Positions 24,609 to 35,618 of a stretch of DNA of 64,000 nt are shown in pieces. Position 1 is the first letter of the stretch. Every line of letters starts with the position of its first letter. This DNA is from Micrococcales bacterium (GTDB taxonomy: Bacteria > Actinomycetota > Actinomycetes > Actinomycetales > Dermatophilaceae). The stretch is taken from contig JAJTBD010000007.1 of assembly GCA_021287075.1 (NCBI GenBank), forward strand, positions 29,498 to 93,497, in the 5' to 3' direction. Both the position numbers and the translations under genes were made by a program. Below the pieces are notes generated by a model. The model did no database searches and was not told where the DNA came from. It was given only the letters and a program-made list of their open reading frames with translations.

Positions 24609-25723
24609 GCCTGGGCCCCCTTCTCGAGCTCCTGCTTCACTCCGGACAGGAGCTCATCCCAGGACTTCTCGAACTTGTCGACGCCCTCCCGCTCGAGCTG
24701 GGCGGTCACGTCGGCATAGGAGATCCCAAGCCGCTCAAGGGAGTCGAGCACCTCGGACGCCTCGGCATAGCCGCCGGTCACGGTGTCGCCGGTGACCTCG
24801 CCGTGGTCAAGGACCGCGTCGAGGGTCTTCTCGGGCATCGTGTTGACCGTCTGGGGCGCGACGAGCTCGGTGACGTAGAGGGTGTCCGGGTAGTCCTTGT
24901 TCTTGACACCCGTGGACGCCCACAGCGGTCGCTGCGGGTGGGCGCCGTCGTCGGCCAGGTTGGTCCACCGCGGGGTCGAGAAGACCTCCTCGAAGGCCTG
25001 GTAGGCCAGCCGTGCATTGGCCACCGCGGCCTTGCCCTTGAGGGCGGTGGCCTCCTCGGTGCCGAGCTCGTCGAGGCGGGCGTCGATCTCGGTGTCGACG
25101 CGGCTGACGAAGAAGGACGCCACGGAGTGGATCGTCGAGAGGTCCTTGCCCTGCTCGCGGGCCTGCTCGAGCCCGGTGAGGAAGGCGTTCATCACGCCGC
25201 GGTAGCGGTCGAGCGAGAAGATCAGGGTCACGTTGACGCTGATGCCCTCGGCGAGCACCTGGGAGATGGCCGGCAGGCCCTCGACGGTCGCCGGGATCTT
25301 GATCATCACGTTGGGACGGTCGACCTCTGCGAAGAGCTCCTTGGCGGACTCGACGGTGGCGGCGGTGTCATGCGCCAGCCGGGGGTCGACCTCGATGGAG
25401 ACCCGCCCGTCGACACCATCGGTGGCGTCATAGACCGGGCGCAGGATGTCGCACGCCTCGCGGACGTCGGACGTGGTCAGGGCGAAGACGGTCTCGTCGA
25501 CGCTCTTGCCGTCCTTGGCCAGCAGGGCCACGTCGTCGTTGTAGGCGTCGCCCTCGGACAGGGCGGCCTGGAAGATCGACGGGTTGGTGGTCACGCCCAC
25601 GATGCCCTTGGTGTCGATGAGCTCCTGGAGGTTGCCCGAGCGGATCCTGTTGCGGGACAGGTCATCCAGCCAGATCGAGACGCCGGCGTCGGCGAGTGCG
25701 GTGGCTGCGGTGTTGTCGGTCAT
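24605..25723 (-). CDS. tal: Transaldolase
   Basis: The ATG at 25723 gives [39 protein letters not shown], an actinobacterial long-form transaldolase. The 628-aa ORF in the track is an upstream read-through into tkt. Confidence 0.93.
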   Translation of the reverse strand: MTDNTAATALADAGVSIWLDDLSRNRIRSGNLQELIDTKGIVGVTTNPSIFQAALSEGDAYNDDVALLAKDGKSVDETVFALTTSDVREACDILRPVYDATDGVDGRVSIEVDPRLAHDTAATVESAKELFAEVDRPNVMIKIPATVEGLPAISQVLAEGISVNVTLIFSLDRYRGVMNAFLTGLEQAREQGKDLSTIHSVASFFVSRVDTEIDARLDELGTEEATALKGKAAVANARLAYQAFEEVFSTPRWTNLADDGAHPQRPLWASTGVKNKDYPDTLYVTELVAPQTVNTMPEKTLDAVLDHGEVTGDTVTGGYAEASEVLDSLERLGISYADVTAQLEREGVDKFEKSWDELLSGVKQELEKGAQA

Positions 25724-25731
25724 GGTGTCCT

Positions 25732-27999
25732 TCACTTCCCTGTCTGGGCCGTGCTCTTGCGAGCCGGGCTCTTCTTGGTCGGGGTGTCGGTGCCCGTGTC
25801 CTTGACGGCGCGGGGGTTGGTCTCGTTGGCGGCCGGCACGAGGGCTCCGGCCTTGGCCGCCTTGAGGGAGTCCTTGGCCGCCTTGACGGCGGCCTCGGGG
25901 GTGATGCCGAACTCCTTGTAGAGGGTCTTGTAGTCGGCCGAGGCACCGAAGTGCTCGATGCCGATGACCCGTCCGGCGTCGCCGACGAGGTCGTGCCAGC
26001 CGAGGCCGGAGGCGGCCTCGATGCTCACCCGGGCGCGGACGTCGGTGGGCAGGACCTTGTTCTGGTAGGCCTTGGTCTGCTCCTCGAACCACTCGCGGCA
26101 GGGCATGGAGACCACCCGGGTGCGGATGTTGGACCGCTCCAGCCGCTCGCGGGCCTCGAGGGCGATGGAGACTTCGGACCCCGTGGCGATCAGGATCACC
26201 TGCGGGGCCTGCTTGCCGTCCTTGCCGCCGTCGATCAGGACATAGGCGCCCTTGGTCGCGCCGGAGGCCTTGGCGTGCACCTTGCGGTCGATGACAGGCA
26301 GGTTCTGCCGGGTCAGGGCCAGGCCGGCCGTGCGGCCGCGGCGCAGGATCTCGCCCCAGACCACGGAGGTCTCGTTGGCGTCTGCGGGGCGGACGACGTC
26401 GAGGCCGGGCATGGCGCGCAGCGAGGGGATGTGCTCGATGGGCTGGTGGGTGGGGCCGTCCTCGCCCAGGCCGATCGAGTCGTGGGTCCACACAAAGGTG
26501 ACGGGCAGCTGCTGGATGGCCGCGAGGCGCACCGCCGGCCGCATGTAGTCGGAAAAGACCAGGAAGGTGCCGCCATAGGGACGGGTGAGGCCCTCCAGCG
26601 CGATGCCGTTGAGGATCATGCCCATGGCATTCTCACGGATGCCGAAGTGCAGCGTCCGCCCATAGGGGTTGCCCTTCCAGGCGTTGGTCTGCTTGGAGGT
26701 GGGGATGAAGGAGGGCTCGCCCTCCATCGTGGTGTTGTTGGACTCGGCCAGGTCGGCGGAGCCACCCCACAGCTCGGGCATCACGGGGGCCAGGGCCGTC
26801 AGGACCTTGCCGGACGCGGCGCGGGTCGCCATGCCCTTGTCGGTGTCGGTCGGGAAGGTCGGCAGCGCCTTGCCCAGGTCGGCGGGCACCTTGCCGGCGA
26901 CGAGCCGGTCGAGCAGCGTCGCCTGCTCGGGGTTGGCCTTGCGCCAGGCCTTGTAGGCCTTGTTCCACTCGGCGTGGGCCTGCTTGCCGCGGGTCTTGAC
27001 CTTGCGGGCGTGCGCGAGCACGGCCCGGTCGACCTCGAAGGACTTGCCGGGGTTGAAGCCGAGCAGTTCCTTGGTCGCCGCGATCTCCTCCTCGCCGAGG
27101 GCCGAGCCGTGGGACTTGCCGGTGTTCTGCTTGGTCGGCGCGGGCCAGGCGATGATCGTGTGCAGGCGGATCAGGGTCGGGCGCGGGCTCTTGCGGCTCT
27201 TGGTGAGCGCGGTGTAGAGCGCGTCGACGTCCTCGACATAGGTCTCGCCGTTGGCGTCACCGCGCCAGTCGACGTCGACGACCTCCCAGCCGTAGGCCTC
27301 GTAGCGCATGGCCACGTCCTCGGAGAAGGAGATGTCGGTGTCGTCCTCGATGGAGATATGGTTGGCGTCGTAGATGACGGTCAGGTTGCCGAGCTCCTGG
27401 TGTCCGGCGAGCGAACTCGCCTCGGAGGCAACGCCTTCCATCAGGTCGCCATCGGATGCGAGGGCCCACACGTGGTGGTCGAAGGGGCTGGTGCCCGCCT
27501 TGGCATCGGGGTCGAGAAGGCCGCGCTGACGGCGCTGCGCCATGGCCATGCCGACGGCGGAGGCGAGGCCGGAGCCGAGGGGGCCGGTGGTGATCTCCAC
27601 ACCCTTGGTGTGGTGCACCTCGGGGTGGCCCGGGGTCTGCGAGCCCCAGGTGCGCAGGGCCTTGAGGTCGGCCAGCTCGAGGCCGTAGCCGGAGAGGAAG
27701 AGCTGGACGTACTGGGTCAGGCTCGAGTGCCCGCAGGAGAGCACGAAGCGGTCGCGGCCCAGCCACGCCGGGTCGGCGGGGTCGTGGACCATGACGTTCT
27801 GGAAGAGGAGGTATGCCGCGGGCGCCAGGCTCATCGCGGTGCCGGGGTGCCCGTTGCCGGCCTTCTGGACGGCATCGGCGGCCAGCAGACGGGCGGTGTC
27901 GACTGCCCGCACGTCCACGTCGGTCCAGCCGGCCTTCCTCGCGATGGGCTTGGCAACGCTTCGCTTGGGGGCGGCCTTGGTGGTGGCTCGGGGGGTCAC
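25732..27999 (-). CDS. tkt: Transketolase
   Basis: The GTG at 27999 follows GAAGGAGA. It contains [13 protein letters not shown] and [12 protein letters not shown] motifs, plus basic Lys/Ala/Thr-rich N- and C-terminal extensions. I rejected the 850-aa ORF extension. Confidence 0.92.
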   Translation of the reverse strand: MTPRATTKAAPKRSVAKPIARKAGWTDVDVRAVDTARLLAADAVQKAGNGHPGTAMSLAPAAYLLFQNVMVHDPADPAWLGRDRFVLSCGHSSLTQYVQLFLSGYGLELADLKALRTWGSQTPGHPEVHHTKGVEITTGPLGSGLASAVGMAMAQRRQRGLLDPDAKAGTSPFDHHVWALASDGDLMEGVASEASSLAGHQELGNLTVIYDANHISIEDDTDISFSEDVAMRYEAYGWEVVDVDWRGDANGETYVEDVDALYTALTKSRKSPRPTLIRLHTIIAWPAPTKQNTGKSHGSALGEEEIAATKELLGFNPGKSFEVDRAVLAHARKVKTRGKQAHAEWNKAYKAWRKANPEQATLLDRLVAGKVPADLGKALPTFPTDTDKGMATRAASGKVLTALAPVMPELWGGSADLAESNNTTMEGEPSFIPTSKQTNAWKGNPYGRTLHFGIRENAMGMILNGIALEGLTRPYGGTFLVFSDYMRPAVRLAAIQQLPVTFVWTHDSIGLGEDGPTHQPIEHIPSLRAMPGLDVVRPADANETSVVWGEILRRGRTAGLALTRQNLPVIDRKVHAKASGATKGAYVLIDGGKDGKQAPQVILIATGSEVSIALEARERLERSNIRTRVVSMPCREWFEEQTKAYQNKVLPTDVRARVSIEAASGLGWHDLVGDAGRVIGIEHFGASADYKTLYKEFGITPEAAVKAAKDSLKAAKAGALVPAANETNPRAVKDTGTDTPTKKSPARKSTAQTGK

Positions 28000-28211
28000 G
28001 GGTTCTCCTTCGGAGCGATCCGGTGCTGCGGACAGCACCGGGGGTCGGAACACAGTCGGCACTGAGCCTAGTCGCAGGTCGTGAGGTGCGTCGCATCCTC
28101 CCGGGTGGGCTTGCCGGGGGGCCCGTCCCGCGGCATACCGCGCGGGTAGACTGGGCCGAGCGTCATGACCCGTGGCGCGCCGACCCCGATCCGCCAGCCG
28201 CCGAGGACACT

Positions 28212-29168
28212 GTGACCGCACTGCACCAGACCGCGTCGGCGGACGCCCCGCCGGGCAAGGGCTGGAGGGGCACCCTCGCGGCATACATCGCTCTCACCAA
28301 GCCGCGGATCATCGAGCTCCTGCTCGTGACGACGGCCCCCGTCATGTTCCTCGCGGAGCGCGGTGTGCCCTCGATCTGGCTGATCGTCGCGACTCTCGTC
28401 GGCGGCACGATGAGCGCCGGCGCGGCCAACACCTTCAACTGCATCTATGACCGCGACATCGACGCGGTGATGCACCGCACGAGCAACCGGCCGCTGGTGA
28501 CCGGCGAGCTGTCCGTGCGGCAGGCGAGCGTCTTCGGCGCCGTGCTGACGGTGCTCTCGACCCTGTGGTTCTGGGTCGTGGTCAACCCGCTCTCGGCGCT
28601 GCTCAGCCTCGGCGCGATCGTGATGTATGCCGTGGGCTACACGATCCTGCTCAAGCGCCGCACCTCCCAGAACATCGTCTGGGGCGGCGCGGCCGGCTGC
28701 ATGCCCGTGCTGATCGGGTGGTCCGCCGTGACCAACTCCGTCGGGTGGCCGGCGGTCATCCTCTTCCTCGTGATCTTCTTCTGGACGCCGCCGCACTACT
28801 GGCCGCTGTCGATGAAGTTCACCGACGACTACGCCCGCGCCGGCGTCCCGATGCTGCCGGTGAAGGCCCGCTTCGTCGAGGTCGCGCGCAATATCGTCGC
28901 CTACTCCTGGGTGATGGTCGCGATGTCCCTCGCGCTCATCCCCGTCGCGCCGATGGGCTGGGTCTACACCGTGGCCGCCGTCGGCTCGGGGGCCTTCTTC
29001 CTGTGGGAGGCCCACCGCCTGCTGCGGCTGTCCAAGCGGGGCGCCTCGCCACTCGAGCTCAAGCCGATGCGGCTGTTCCACTACTCGATCACCTACGTGA
29101 CGATCGTCTTCCTCGGCGTGGCGGTCGACCCGCTGCTGTTCTGGCCGCTGCCCGGTCTGTCGCTCTGA
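28212..29168 (+). CDS. ctaB: Protoheme IX farnesyltransferase (heme O synthase)
   Basis: [33 protein letters not shown] are UbiA-family CtaB motifs. The start is uncertain (GTG 28212 or upstream); the ORF opens at 27813. Confidence 0.85.
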   Translation: MTALHQTASADAPPGKGWRGTLAAYIALTKPRIIELLLVTTAPVMFLAERGVPSIWLIVATLVGGTMSAGAANTFNCIYDRDIDAVMHRTSNRPLVTGELSVRQASVFGAVLTVLSTLWFWVVVNPLSALLSLGAIVMYAVGYTILLKRRTSQNIVWGGAAGCMPVLIGWSAVTNSVGWPAVILFLVIFFWTPPHYWPLSMKFTDDYARAGVPMLPVKARFVEVARNIVAYSWVMVAMSLALIPVAPMGWVYTVAAVGSGAFFLWEAHRLLRLSKRGASPLELKPMRLFHYSITYVTIVFLGVAVDPLLFWPLPGLSL

Positions 29169-30462
29169 CGCGGCGCAGCGCGCCCACCGTCGCCGCGATG
29201 GCGACCAGCCCCGTGCCGACGACGAGCGCCGGCTCCCACAGCCACAGGTAGCGCAGCGGCACACCCATGAGGGATGCAGTCAGCGGCAGCGCCGCCCACG
29301 CGACCAGGGTGGCCACGACCCAGGCCGCCAGGGCCGCCCGCGACGCGCGTGGTCGGCGCAGCGCCGCGACGAGCAGGACCCCTGCGGCTGCGACCAGCCC
29401 CAGCGGGAGGCCGGTGGCGAGGGTGGTCCTGGCGGCGCCCTGCGCCGGGCGGCCGGTCGCCAGGTCGTATGCCGCCCGAGTGGCCCCGGCGAGCGCCTCC
29501 TCGTGGAGGTAGCCGGAGGCGTTGAGCAGGACGACCACTCCGTCCCTTGTGTCCGGGTCGAGATAGACCGCCGAGAAGTAGCCGGGGACCGTCCCGGTGT
29601 GCCAGACCGTGGTGCGGCCGTCCGGCTCCCTCGTCACCCGCCAGCCGCGGCCGTAGGCCTGCCCGGTTGTGCCTGTCGGGGCGGCGTCGCCCACCTGCGC
29701 ACGCAGTCGGCTCCCATCGGCCGCGAGGCTGCTCGAGGCGAACGTGGCCAGGTCCCTGATGCTCCCGCACGTGTAGCCATAGGCCGCGCCCGCCTCGTCG
29801 TATGGCGCGTCGACCGGCCACGCGAACGGACCCGCGAGACGGTGGCCCTGCGCGAGGTCATCGCAGGCCCGGGTGGAGGCGCCTGCGTGCCAGTCGATGC
29901 CGGCGCCTGCGACCAGTTCGCTGTAGGGGCGACCGCCCGCCGACTCAAGGACTGCCTGGAGGTAGAGATAGCCCAGGTTTGAGTAGCTGTGTCGGTGGCC
30001 CGGCTCCACGGTGGGTGGGGTGGAGGGAAGCGCCCTGGTCGCCGGCCCAGGGCGTGCAATGTCCAGGTGCTCGGCGCCGAAGGGCAGACCCGCGGTGTGG
30101 TCGAGCAGGTCTGCGACCGGCACGTCCGGGCCGCCGGGGACATAGGAACTCACCGATGCGGAGAGATCCAGCCGGCCCTCCTGCTCGAGCCGTGTCGCGA
30201 CGCTGGCCGCGACGGGTTTGGAGACCGAGCCCCAGAGGAATCGTGTCCCGTCGTCGACAGCGCGCCCGTCGCCGGCCGAGCCAGAGGACTCGACGCGGGA
30301 TATCCGCCCGTCCTGCACCCACGCGACCGCGCCGCCGGGCGAGAGCCTGCGCAGCTCCGCTGTGGGGTCGGTGTCCGACGGGGTGGCGGCGGAGTGGCCC
30401 GCTGTCACCATCAGGGCGGCGACCAACGCCGCCAGCACCGGCAGAGCCCTGAGACAACGCAT
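29089..30462 (-). CDS. Serine hydrolase (beta-lactamase / PBP4-like family) with C-terminal transmembrane segments
   Basis: The ATG at 30462 gives signal peptide [19 protein letters not shown], an SxxK motif (SVSK), YSNLGY, and three C-terminal hydrophobic helices. Its 3-prime end overlaps ctaB by 80 nt, convergently. Confidence 0.72.
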   Translation of the reverse strand: MRCLRALPVLAALVAALMVTAGHSAATPSDTDPTAELRRLSPGGAVAWVQDGRISRVESSGSAGDGRAVDDGTRFLWGSVSKPVAASVATRLEQEGRLDLSASVSSYVPGGPDVPVADLLDHTAGLPFGAEHLDIARPGPATRALPSTPPTVEPGHRHSYSNLGYLYLQAVLESAGGRPYSELVAGAGIDWHAGASTRACDDLAQGHRLAGPFAWPVDAPYDEAGAAYGYTCGSIRDLATFASSSLAADGSRLRAQVGDAAPTGTTGQAYGRGWRVTREPDGRTTVWHTGTVPGYFSAVYLDPDTRDGVVVLLNASGYLHEEALAGATRAAYDLATGRPAQGAARTTLATGLPLGLVAAAGVLLVAALRRPRASRAALAAWVVATLVAWAALPLTASLMGVPLRYLWLWEPALVVGTGLVAIAATVGALRRVRATDRAAARTAAGRPPRRGRRSSRR

Positions 30463-30511
30463 GAATTGAATGCCCATACGGTTTTGTATCATACGGGTAT
30501 ATGGTTTAGCC

Positions 30512-31132
30512 ATGGTGCGCACCGCAGACCACGAGGCCCGACGACGGCAGCTGATCGAGGCTGCGATCGAGATCGCCGTCGGCCAGGGCATCGACCGGGT
30601 CACCGTGGCCGCTGTAGCCAGGACCGCAGGCGTGTCCGTCGGGCTCGTCCAGCACTACTTCCCGGCCAAGGAGGAGCTGATGCGGCGGGCGTATGCCGAG
30701 CTGCTGGCCCGTCTCGACGCGCGTGTCGCCCGGATCGTCGCCGCGGGCGAGGAGCATGGCGACGCGATCCGCGAGATGGTGCCGGTGGCCCTGGGTGAGC
30801 TCCTGCCGATCGGTCCCAGGCGCACCGATGAGGCTCGCGTCCGGCTGGAGTTCCAGACCTTGGCGGGGCGCAACCCTGATCTGCTTGCGACCGCCCAGGA
30901 GCACGAGCGACGAATGCGGGAGCGGCTGCGAGTGACCGTGGACAACGCCAAGAAATGTGGGGAGACGAGCCGCTCCGCGGACTCGTCCGAGGTGGCCGAC
31001 GACCTGTGGGCGGCGGTGACCGGGGCGGCACCGGCGATGCTGGTGGATCCGGCATTCGACGGCCGGCGCGTGCTCGCGGGGGCATGCCAGCGCGCCTTCC
31101 CGCGGGAGTGCCGCCGGGCTGCTCGGACCTAG
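30512..31132 (+). CDS. TetR/AcrR family transcriptional regulator
   Basis: MVRTADHEARRRQLIEAAIEIAVGQGIDRVTVAAVARTAGVSVGLVQHYF is a canonical TetR HTH. It is divergent from the serine hydrolase across a 49-bp AT-rich spacer. Confidence 0.85.
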   Translation: MVRTADHEARRRQLIEAAIEIAVGQGIDRVTVAAVARTAGVSVGLVQHYFPAKEELMRRAYAELLARLDARVARIVAAGEEHGDAIREMVPVALGELLPIGPRRTDEARVRLEFQTLAGRNPDLLATAQEHERRMRERLRVTVDNAKKCGETSRSADSSEVADDLWAAVTGAAPAMLVDPAFDGRRVLAGACQRAFPRECRRAART

Positions 31133-32403
31133 CCGGCCGCCGGCGAGCGGCCCGCCGGGAGGTCGCGCAGCCGCCAGAAGGGGCAGAGGGGCGTCGCCAG
31201 CGTGAGGCTGCACAGGGCGTGGAGGCCGGCCATCGCGAGCATCGTCGGCACCAGCCCGTATGCCGCGCCGGCCCAGCCTGCGACCAGGCTCCCCACCGGC
31301 ATGGTCCCCATCGCCACGACGCTCATCACGCCGCCGACCCGACCGAGCGAGTCGGGTGGCACCCAGCGCTGGCGGAAGGCGGACCGGATGACATTGGCGC
31401 CCACGACGCCGACCCCGACGAGGAAGGCGCCGGCGGGGATGAGCCAGGCCCGCCAGCCCGGGGCGGCCAGCGGTATCAGCAGCGCGGTCGGTCCGCCGAG
31501 CAGGCCGAGGACGACGGCGCCACGAGCAGTGCCCAGCCGCCGACCCACGGCCGGCGCGATGAGCGCGCCGAGGAGGCCACCCGCGCTGCCGATCGAGGTG
31601 AACAGCCCGATCATCCCGGCGTCGAGGTGGAGTTCGCGCACCATATAGAGGACGAGCAGCGCCTGGTAGCCGATGAGCCCCAGGTTCGACAGCCCGCCCG
31701 AGACGAGGGTGTAGCGCAGGATCGGGTCGTGGAGGACAAAGCGTGCTCCGTCCCGGATCGCGCGGCCGACCGGCTCCGCCTTCGGGGTTGGCCTCGACGT
31801 GGGCCTGGCCCTGATCCGCCAGAGGCAGACCGCGGACACGACGCAGCTCACGGCGTCGGCGAGGATCGCGACGGCGGCGGTGAGCCACTGGACCATCAGC
31901 CCGCCCAGGCCCGGGCCGACCACCTGCGCGGCCGACTCCGTGCCATAGATGCGTGAGTTCGCCGCCTCAAGGTCGGCGGGGCCGACGACCCTGGTGAGCA
32001 TCGGGGCCATGGCCAGCCGCAGCACGAGCTGGGCGGCGCCGGCGCCGAGGGCGGCCAGCACGACGTGGGGGAGGGTGAGCCTGTCCAGGGCCCAGGCCAC
32101 CGGCACCGACGCGAGGACCACGGCGGCCAGCAGGTCGGCGGCGATCATGACGCGGCGGGTGTCGCTGCGGTCGACGAGCGCGCCGGCGTGCAGGCCCAGC
32201 AGCAGCCACGGGAGCCAGGAGGCCGCGCTCAGCATGCCCATCCACATCGGGCTCGCGTGGAAGTCCCGGGCGGCAAGGAGGGGCAGGACGACGGCTGTCG
32301 TCATCGTGCCCAGGAGGTGGGTGCCCTCGCCGAACCAGAGCAGGCGGAAGTCCCGGTTGCGGCCCAGTGGGGGAGCGGCAACCGGTGCGGGGCGGGTGGT
32401 CAT
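31129..32403 (-). CDS. MFS transporter
   Basis: 424-aa ORF with about 12 hydrophobic segments and an N-terminal RNRDFRLLWFGEG motif. Its start overlaps the stop of the ArsR-like gene (ATGA). Confidence 0.85.
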   Translation of the reverse strand: MTTRPAPVAAPPLGRNRDFRLLWFGEGTHLLGTMTTAVVLPLLAARDFHASPMWMGMLSAASWLPWLLLGLHAGALVDRSDTRRVMIAADLLAAVVLASVPVAWALDRLTLPHVVLAALGAGAAQLVLRLAMAPMLTRVVGPADLEAANSRIYGTESAAQVVGPGLGGLMVQWLTAAVAILADAVSCVVSAVCLWRIRARPTSRPTPKAEPVGRAIRDGARFVLHDPILRYTLVSGGLSNLGLIGYQALLVLYMVRELHLDAGMIGLFTSIGSAGGLLGALIAPAVGRRLGTARGAVVLGLLGGPTALLIPLAAPGWRAWLIPAGAFLVGVGVVGANVIRSAFRQRWVPPDSLGRVGGVMSVVAMGTMPVGSLVAGWAGAAYGLVPTMLAMAGLHALCSLTLATPLCPFWRLRDLPAGRSPAAG

Positions 32404-32999
32404 GGCTGGCTCGGGAAGCCTCGGGAGAAGAGATAGACCGGCTCACGCTCGACCCCGTCGTCGGGGATCTCACGCGTGCTCCACCTCAGGACGACGTCCA
32501 TGACCTCCTCGGCCACCTCCCGCAGCTCATCGGGGCTGAGGGTCGCCCAGCTCTGCGTGGCGAATGCCGCGTCGGCCCACTCGGGCACGCTGTCGGAGTT
32601 GGTGAGCCAGGCCTCGACCCGCTCGGTCTGGCGCCGCCAGCCGAGTGCCTCGGCCTGCTCCGCGGCGGCAAGGGCATCGGGGTCGTCGGCGAACTCCGCC
32701 CGCGACCAGCGCGTGCCCCGGTCGACCAGCCGCCACCACCGCTCGCGCCTGTCCTTGGCGAGCTCGGGCGCCTCCTCGACCAGTCCGGCCTCGTGGAGCA
32801 CCTTGAGGTGATGGCTGGCGCTGCCGACGGCCTGTCCGGTGCGGGCGGCCAGGGCGCTGGCGGTGCTGGGCCCGTCGACCTTGAGCGCGTCCATGATCCG
32901 GGCCCGGAAGGGGTGGGCCAGTGCGGCGAGGGCCTTGGCCTCGGTCAGGGTGCGCACACCCTCACGGGCTCGCGCGGTGCTCTTGCGGGGAGTGGCCAT
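32400..32999 (-). CDS. ArsR-family winged-helix transcriptional regulator
   Basis: LAALAHPFRARIMDALKVDGPSTASALAARTGQAVGSASHHLKVLHEAGLV is a typical ArsR HTH, followed by a ~100-aa C-terminal domain. Confidence 0.8.
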   Translation of the reverse strand: MATPRKSTARAREGVRTLTEAKALAALAHPFRARIMDALKVDGPSTASALAARTGQAVGSASHHLKVLHEAGLVEEAPELAKDRRERWWRLVDRGTRWSRAEFADDPDALAAAEQAEALGWRRQTERVEAWLTNSDSVPEWADAAFATQSWATLSPDELREVAEEVMDVVLRWSTREIPDDGVEREPVYLFSRGFPSQP

Positions 33000-33005
33000 G
33001 GCCCG

Positions 33006-33044
33006 ACCCTAGACCCACAAGAGACATTGCACAAGAACTCTTGT
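33006..33044 (-). promoter_or_regulatory. Leaderless promoter plus operator-like repeats for the ArsR-MFS operon
   Basis: On the minus strand, TAGGGT (33011-33006) lies 6 nt before the ATG at 32999. The palindrome ACAAGA-GT-TCTTGT (33031-33044) and a third CTCTTGT half-site (33017-33023) cover the -35 region. Confidence 0.4.
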
Positions 33045-33069
33045 TAATACTCCGGTTTGCCGCGGGAGG

Positions 33070-34005
33070 TCAGTCCGTGCGGACGGCGTCGTCCCAGCTG
33101 CGCAGGCGGACCACGCCGTAGGAGAGCGCGATCACGAGCGCGGCGGCGCCGAGCATGTGCACCAGCACGAGCATCTCGGGCAGGCCGGTGAAGTACTGGG
33201 TGTAGCCGACGGCGCCCTGGGCGAGGGTGACCAGCAGCACGGCGAACCAGGCCCGGCCGGGCGCGGGGGAGCGGCCGGTCAGCCGGGCCGCGACCCAGAC
33301 CGCGACCACGAGGCCGAGGAAGAGCATGACGGCGTCGGCGTGCAGCCACGACGCCGAGCGCGGGTCGAAGCCGAGGCGTGCGGGCTCGTCGGCATCGCCC
33401 GAGTGCGGTCCGGAGCCGGTGACGATCGTGCCGAGGACGAGCACGATTCCGCCGACGGCGCACACGGCATACGCCAGCTGTGCCACGAGGGGGTGGACCG
33501 CGAGCGCGCGGCTGCCCTCGGGCTCGGTCGCGCGGAAGTAGGCATAGGCCGAGGCCGCGACCAGGACCATCGAGGCGAGGAAGTGGAAGGCGACGATCGC
33601 CGGGTTGAGGCCGGTGCGCACGGTGATGCCACCGACCACGGCCTGCGCCACGACCCCGGCGAGGACGAACCAGCCCGCCCAGGTGAGGTCGCGCCGGCGG
33701 CCGCCCCACTTCCAGACGGCCAGGATGACCGCGATCGCGGCGAAGCCGACGGCGCCGGTCAGGGTGCGGTTGCCGAACTCGATGTACTTGTGGAAGCCCT
33801 CGGCCTGCTCATGGGTGGGCACATAGGACCCCGGAGTGCACTGCGGCCACGTGGGGCAGCCGAGCCCCGAGCCGGTCAGCCGGACCAGGCCGCCGGTGAC
33901 GACGATGAGGGTCTCGAGCGCGAGGTTGATCAGGAGGACCGCCCGGAGCCGGCGGTCGGCCGAGACCGGGACCGTGACGGGGGCGTCGGCGAGGCTGGAC
34001 ACCAC
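33070..34005 (-). CDS. ctaA: Heme A synthase (COX15/CtaA)
   Basis: GGLVRLTGSGLGCPTWPQC and multiple transmembrane helices with conserved His. I chose GTG 34005 (or 34002); the ORF opens at 34140. Confidence 0.85.
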   Translation of the reverse strand: MVSSLADAPVTVPVSADRRLRAVLLINLALETLIVVTGGLVRLTGSGLGCPTWPQCTPGSYVPTHEQAEGFHKYIEFGNRTLTGAVGFAAIAVILAVWKWGGRRRDLTWAGWFVLAGVVAQAVVGGITVRTGLNPAIVAFHFLASMVLVAASAYAYFRATEPEGSRALAVHPLVAQLAYAVCAVGGIVLVLGTIVTGSGPHSGDADEPARLGFDPRSASWLHADAVMLFLGLVVAVWVAARLTGRSPAPGRAWFAVLLVTLAQGAVGYTQYFTGLPEMLVLVHMLGAAALVIALSYGVVRLRSWDDAVRTD

Positions 34006-34072
34006 AGCAGGGTAGTCCGCGCGACGGCGGCCACCCGCGCCGGGCCGGCCCGGCAGACGTGTGGGCTCGGCC

Positions 34073-34840
34073 TCAGTCCGACCAACGGAAGAGCCGCGCG
34101 GCCAGCGCGGTGCACAGGCCGGCCCACAGCAGCAGCACACCCCACGCGGCCCACGGCACCGAGCCGTGGACGAATGCCGCGCGCAGGCCCTCGCCGAGCG
34201 CGCCCGAGGGCAGGGCGGTGGCCAGGTGCTGGAGGGCGCCGGGCATGCGGTCGGGCGGGACGAGCACGCCGCCGAGGCCCAGCAGCAGCACCCAGATGAG
34301 ATTGGCGAGCGCGAGCACGGCCTCCGGGCGGAGGGTGCCGGCCAGCACCATGGCGAGGGCCACGAAGGCCCAGGCGCCGAGCAGGATCGTCACGAGCGCT
34401 GCCGGGAGCCCGGACCAGACCGGTCGCCAGCCGAGCGCCAGCCCGAGGCCGCCCAGCACGGCGAGCTGCACGAGCAGCACCGCGAGGACGGCGAGGGTCT
34501 TGCCGAGGACGAGCCCGCCGCGGCCGAGCGGGGTGGTGCCGAGCAGCCGCAGCACCCCATAGCGACGGTCGAATGCCGTCTGGATGGCCGTGCCGGTGAA
34601 GGCCGCGGAGATGACGCACAGCGCCAGCACGCCGGGGACGGCCAGGTCGATCCGACGGCCGTCGCCGAGGGAGGGGGAGGTGGTGAAGTAGAGCCCGACC
34701 ATCGCCAGCGCCGGCAGGATCACCGACACGAGCAGCTGCTCGCCATTGCGCAGGAAGGTCAGCGTCTCGAAGACCGCCTGGGCGCGCACCCGGGTGGCCG
34801 TGGGCGCGGCACCGCGGGCGGGGTCGGTCGTCGCGGTCAT
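34073..34840 (-). CDS. ABC-2 type transporter permease
   Basis: 255-aa product with six hydrophobic segments. The ATG at 34840 overlaps the upstream ATPase stop (ATGA). The 466-aa ORF in the track is an out-of-context extension. Confidence 0.8.
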   Translation of the reverse strand: MTATTDPARGAAPTATRVRAQAVFETLTFLRNGEQLLVSVILPALAMVGLYFTTSPSLGDGRRIDLAVPGVLALCVISAAFTGTAIQTAFDRRYGVLRLLGTTPLGRGGLVLGKTLAVLAVLLVQLAVLGGLGLALGWRPVWSGLPAALVTILLGAWAFVALAMVLAGTLRPEAVLALANLIWVLLLGLGGVLVPPDRMPGALQHLATALPSGALGEGLRAAFVHGSVPWAAWGVLLLWAGLCTALAARLFRWSD

Positions 34841-35544
34841 CGGGCGCTCCTGGTGAGGGCGAAGAAGAGGTTCTCGAGGGTGTCGCGGGCGGTCAGCTCG
34901 GCGAGCGTGCCGTCGGCGACGACGCTGCCGCGGCCCATGATGACCACGCGGTCGGCGATCCGCTGGGCCTCCTCGAAGGAGTGGGTCGTGACGACGACGG
35001 CGGCACCGGAGTCGGCGCTCTCGCGGATCAGCTCCCACACATCGAGGCGGGCGTGCGGGTCCAGTCCGGCGCTCGGCTCGTCGAGGAAGGCGACCTCCGG
35101 TCGGCCGATGACGGCCGCCGCGAGCGCGACACGCTGGCGCTGGCCACCGGAGAGCCGTCGGACCGGGGTGCCGGCGAAGCGGTCGATCCCGAGCCGCTCG
35201 GCGAGCGCCGGGAGATCCGCTGGCGCGGCATACATCCTGGCGAGGTGGGTGAGCAGCGGCAGGGGCTTCGCTCCGTTGGGGAGGCCGCCGTCCTGGAGCA
35301 TGACGCCGACGCGGGCGCGATGGTCCGGGGAGGCCTGCCAGGGGTCGGTGCCGAGCACGCGGGCCTCGCCGGAGTCGGCCTGGCGCAGCCCCTCGAGGAT
35401 CTCCATCGTCGTGGTCTTGCCCGCGCCGTTGGGGCCCAGGACGGCCGTCACCTGACCGCTGTGGGCCTCCCACGAGGCCCCGTCGACGGCGCGGACACTG
35501 CCGAAGCTCCGGTGCAGGTCGCGCACACTCACCGCTGGGTTCAC
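34837..35544 (-). CDS. ABC transporter ATP-binding protein (ABC-2 exporter partner)
   Basis: GPNGAGKTTT Walker A, LSGGQRQRV signature, FLDEPSAGLD Walker B. Confidence 0.9.
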   Translation of the reverse strand: MNPAVSVRDLHRSFGSVRAVDGASWEAHSGQVTAVLGPNGAGKTTTMEILEGLRQADSGEARVLGTDPWQASPDHRARVGVMLQDGGLPNGAKPLPLLTHLARMYAAPADLPALAERLGIDRFAGTPVRRLSGGQRQRVALAAAVIGRPEVAFLDEPSAGLDPHARLDVWELIRESADSGAAVVVTTHSFEEAQRIADRVVIMGRGSVVADGTLAELTARDTLENLFFALTRSAR

Positions 35545-35618
35545 CCGAACAGATTAGGCGCGACCCGCCCCCGCCCTCAGGTAAGGGGACCCTTTGTTGG
35601 ACATCAGCGTCGAATTAA

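Noticed and set aside
25724-26491. N-terminal extension making tal a 628-aa ORF (and similar long extensions of tkt, gap, pgk, livF, sufB, sufU)
   Set aside because: The extensions are Arg/Pro/Gly-rich and overlap the upstream gene. Internal starts with a ribosome-binding site or stop-start overlap reproduce the canonical N-termini.
25696-28065. 789-aa plus-strand ORF overlapping tkt
   Set aside because: It is antisense to transketolase, with Gly/Leu/Val/Asp-rich composition, no motifs, and no plausible start context. It is a shadow ORF.
30463-30511. TetR operator in the hydrolase/TetR spacer
   Set aside because: I found only a short direct repeat CATACGG (twice) and a 9-bp GTAT-C-ATAC palindrome. 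This is too weak to call a site, though the AT-rich spacer surely holds the divergent promoters.
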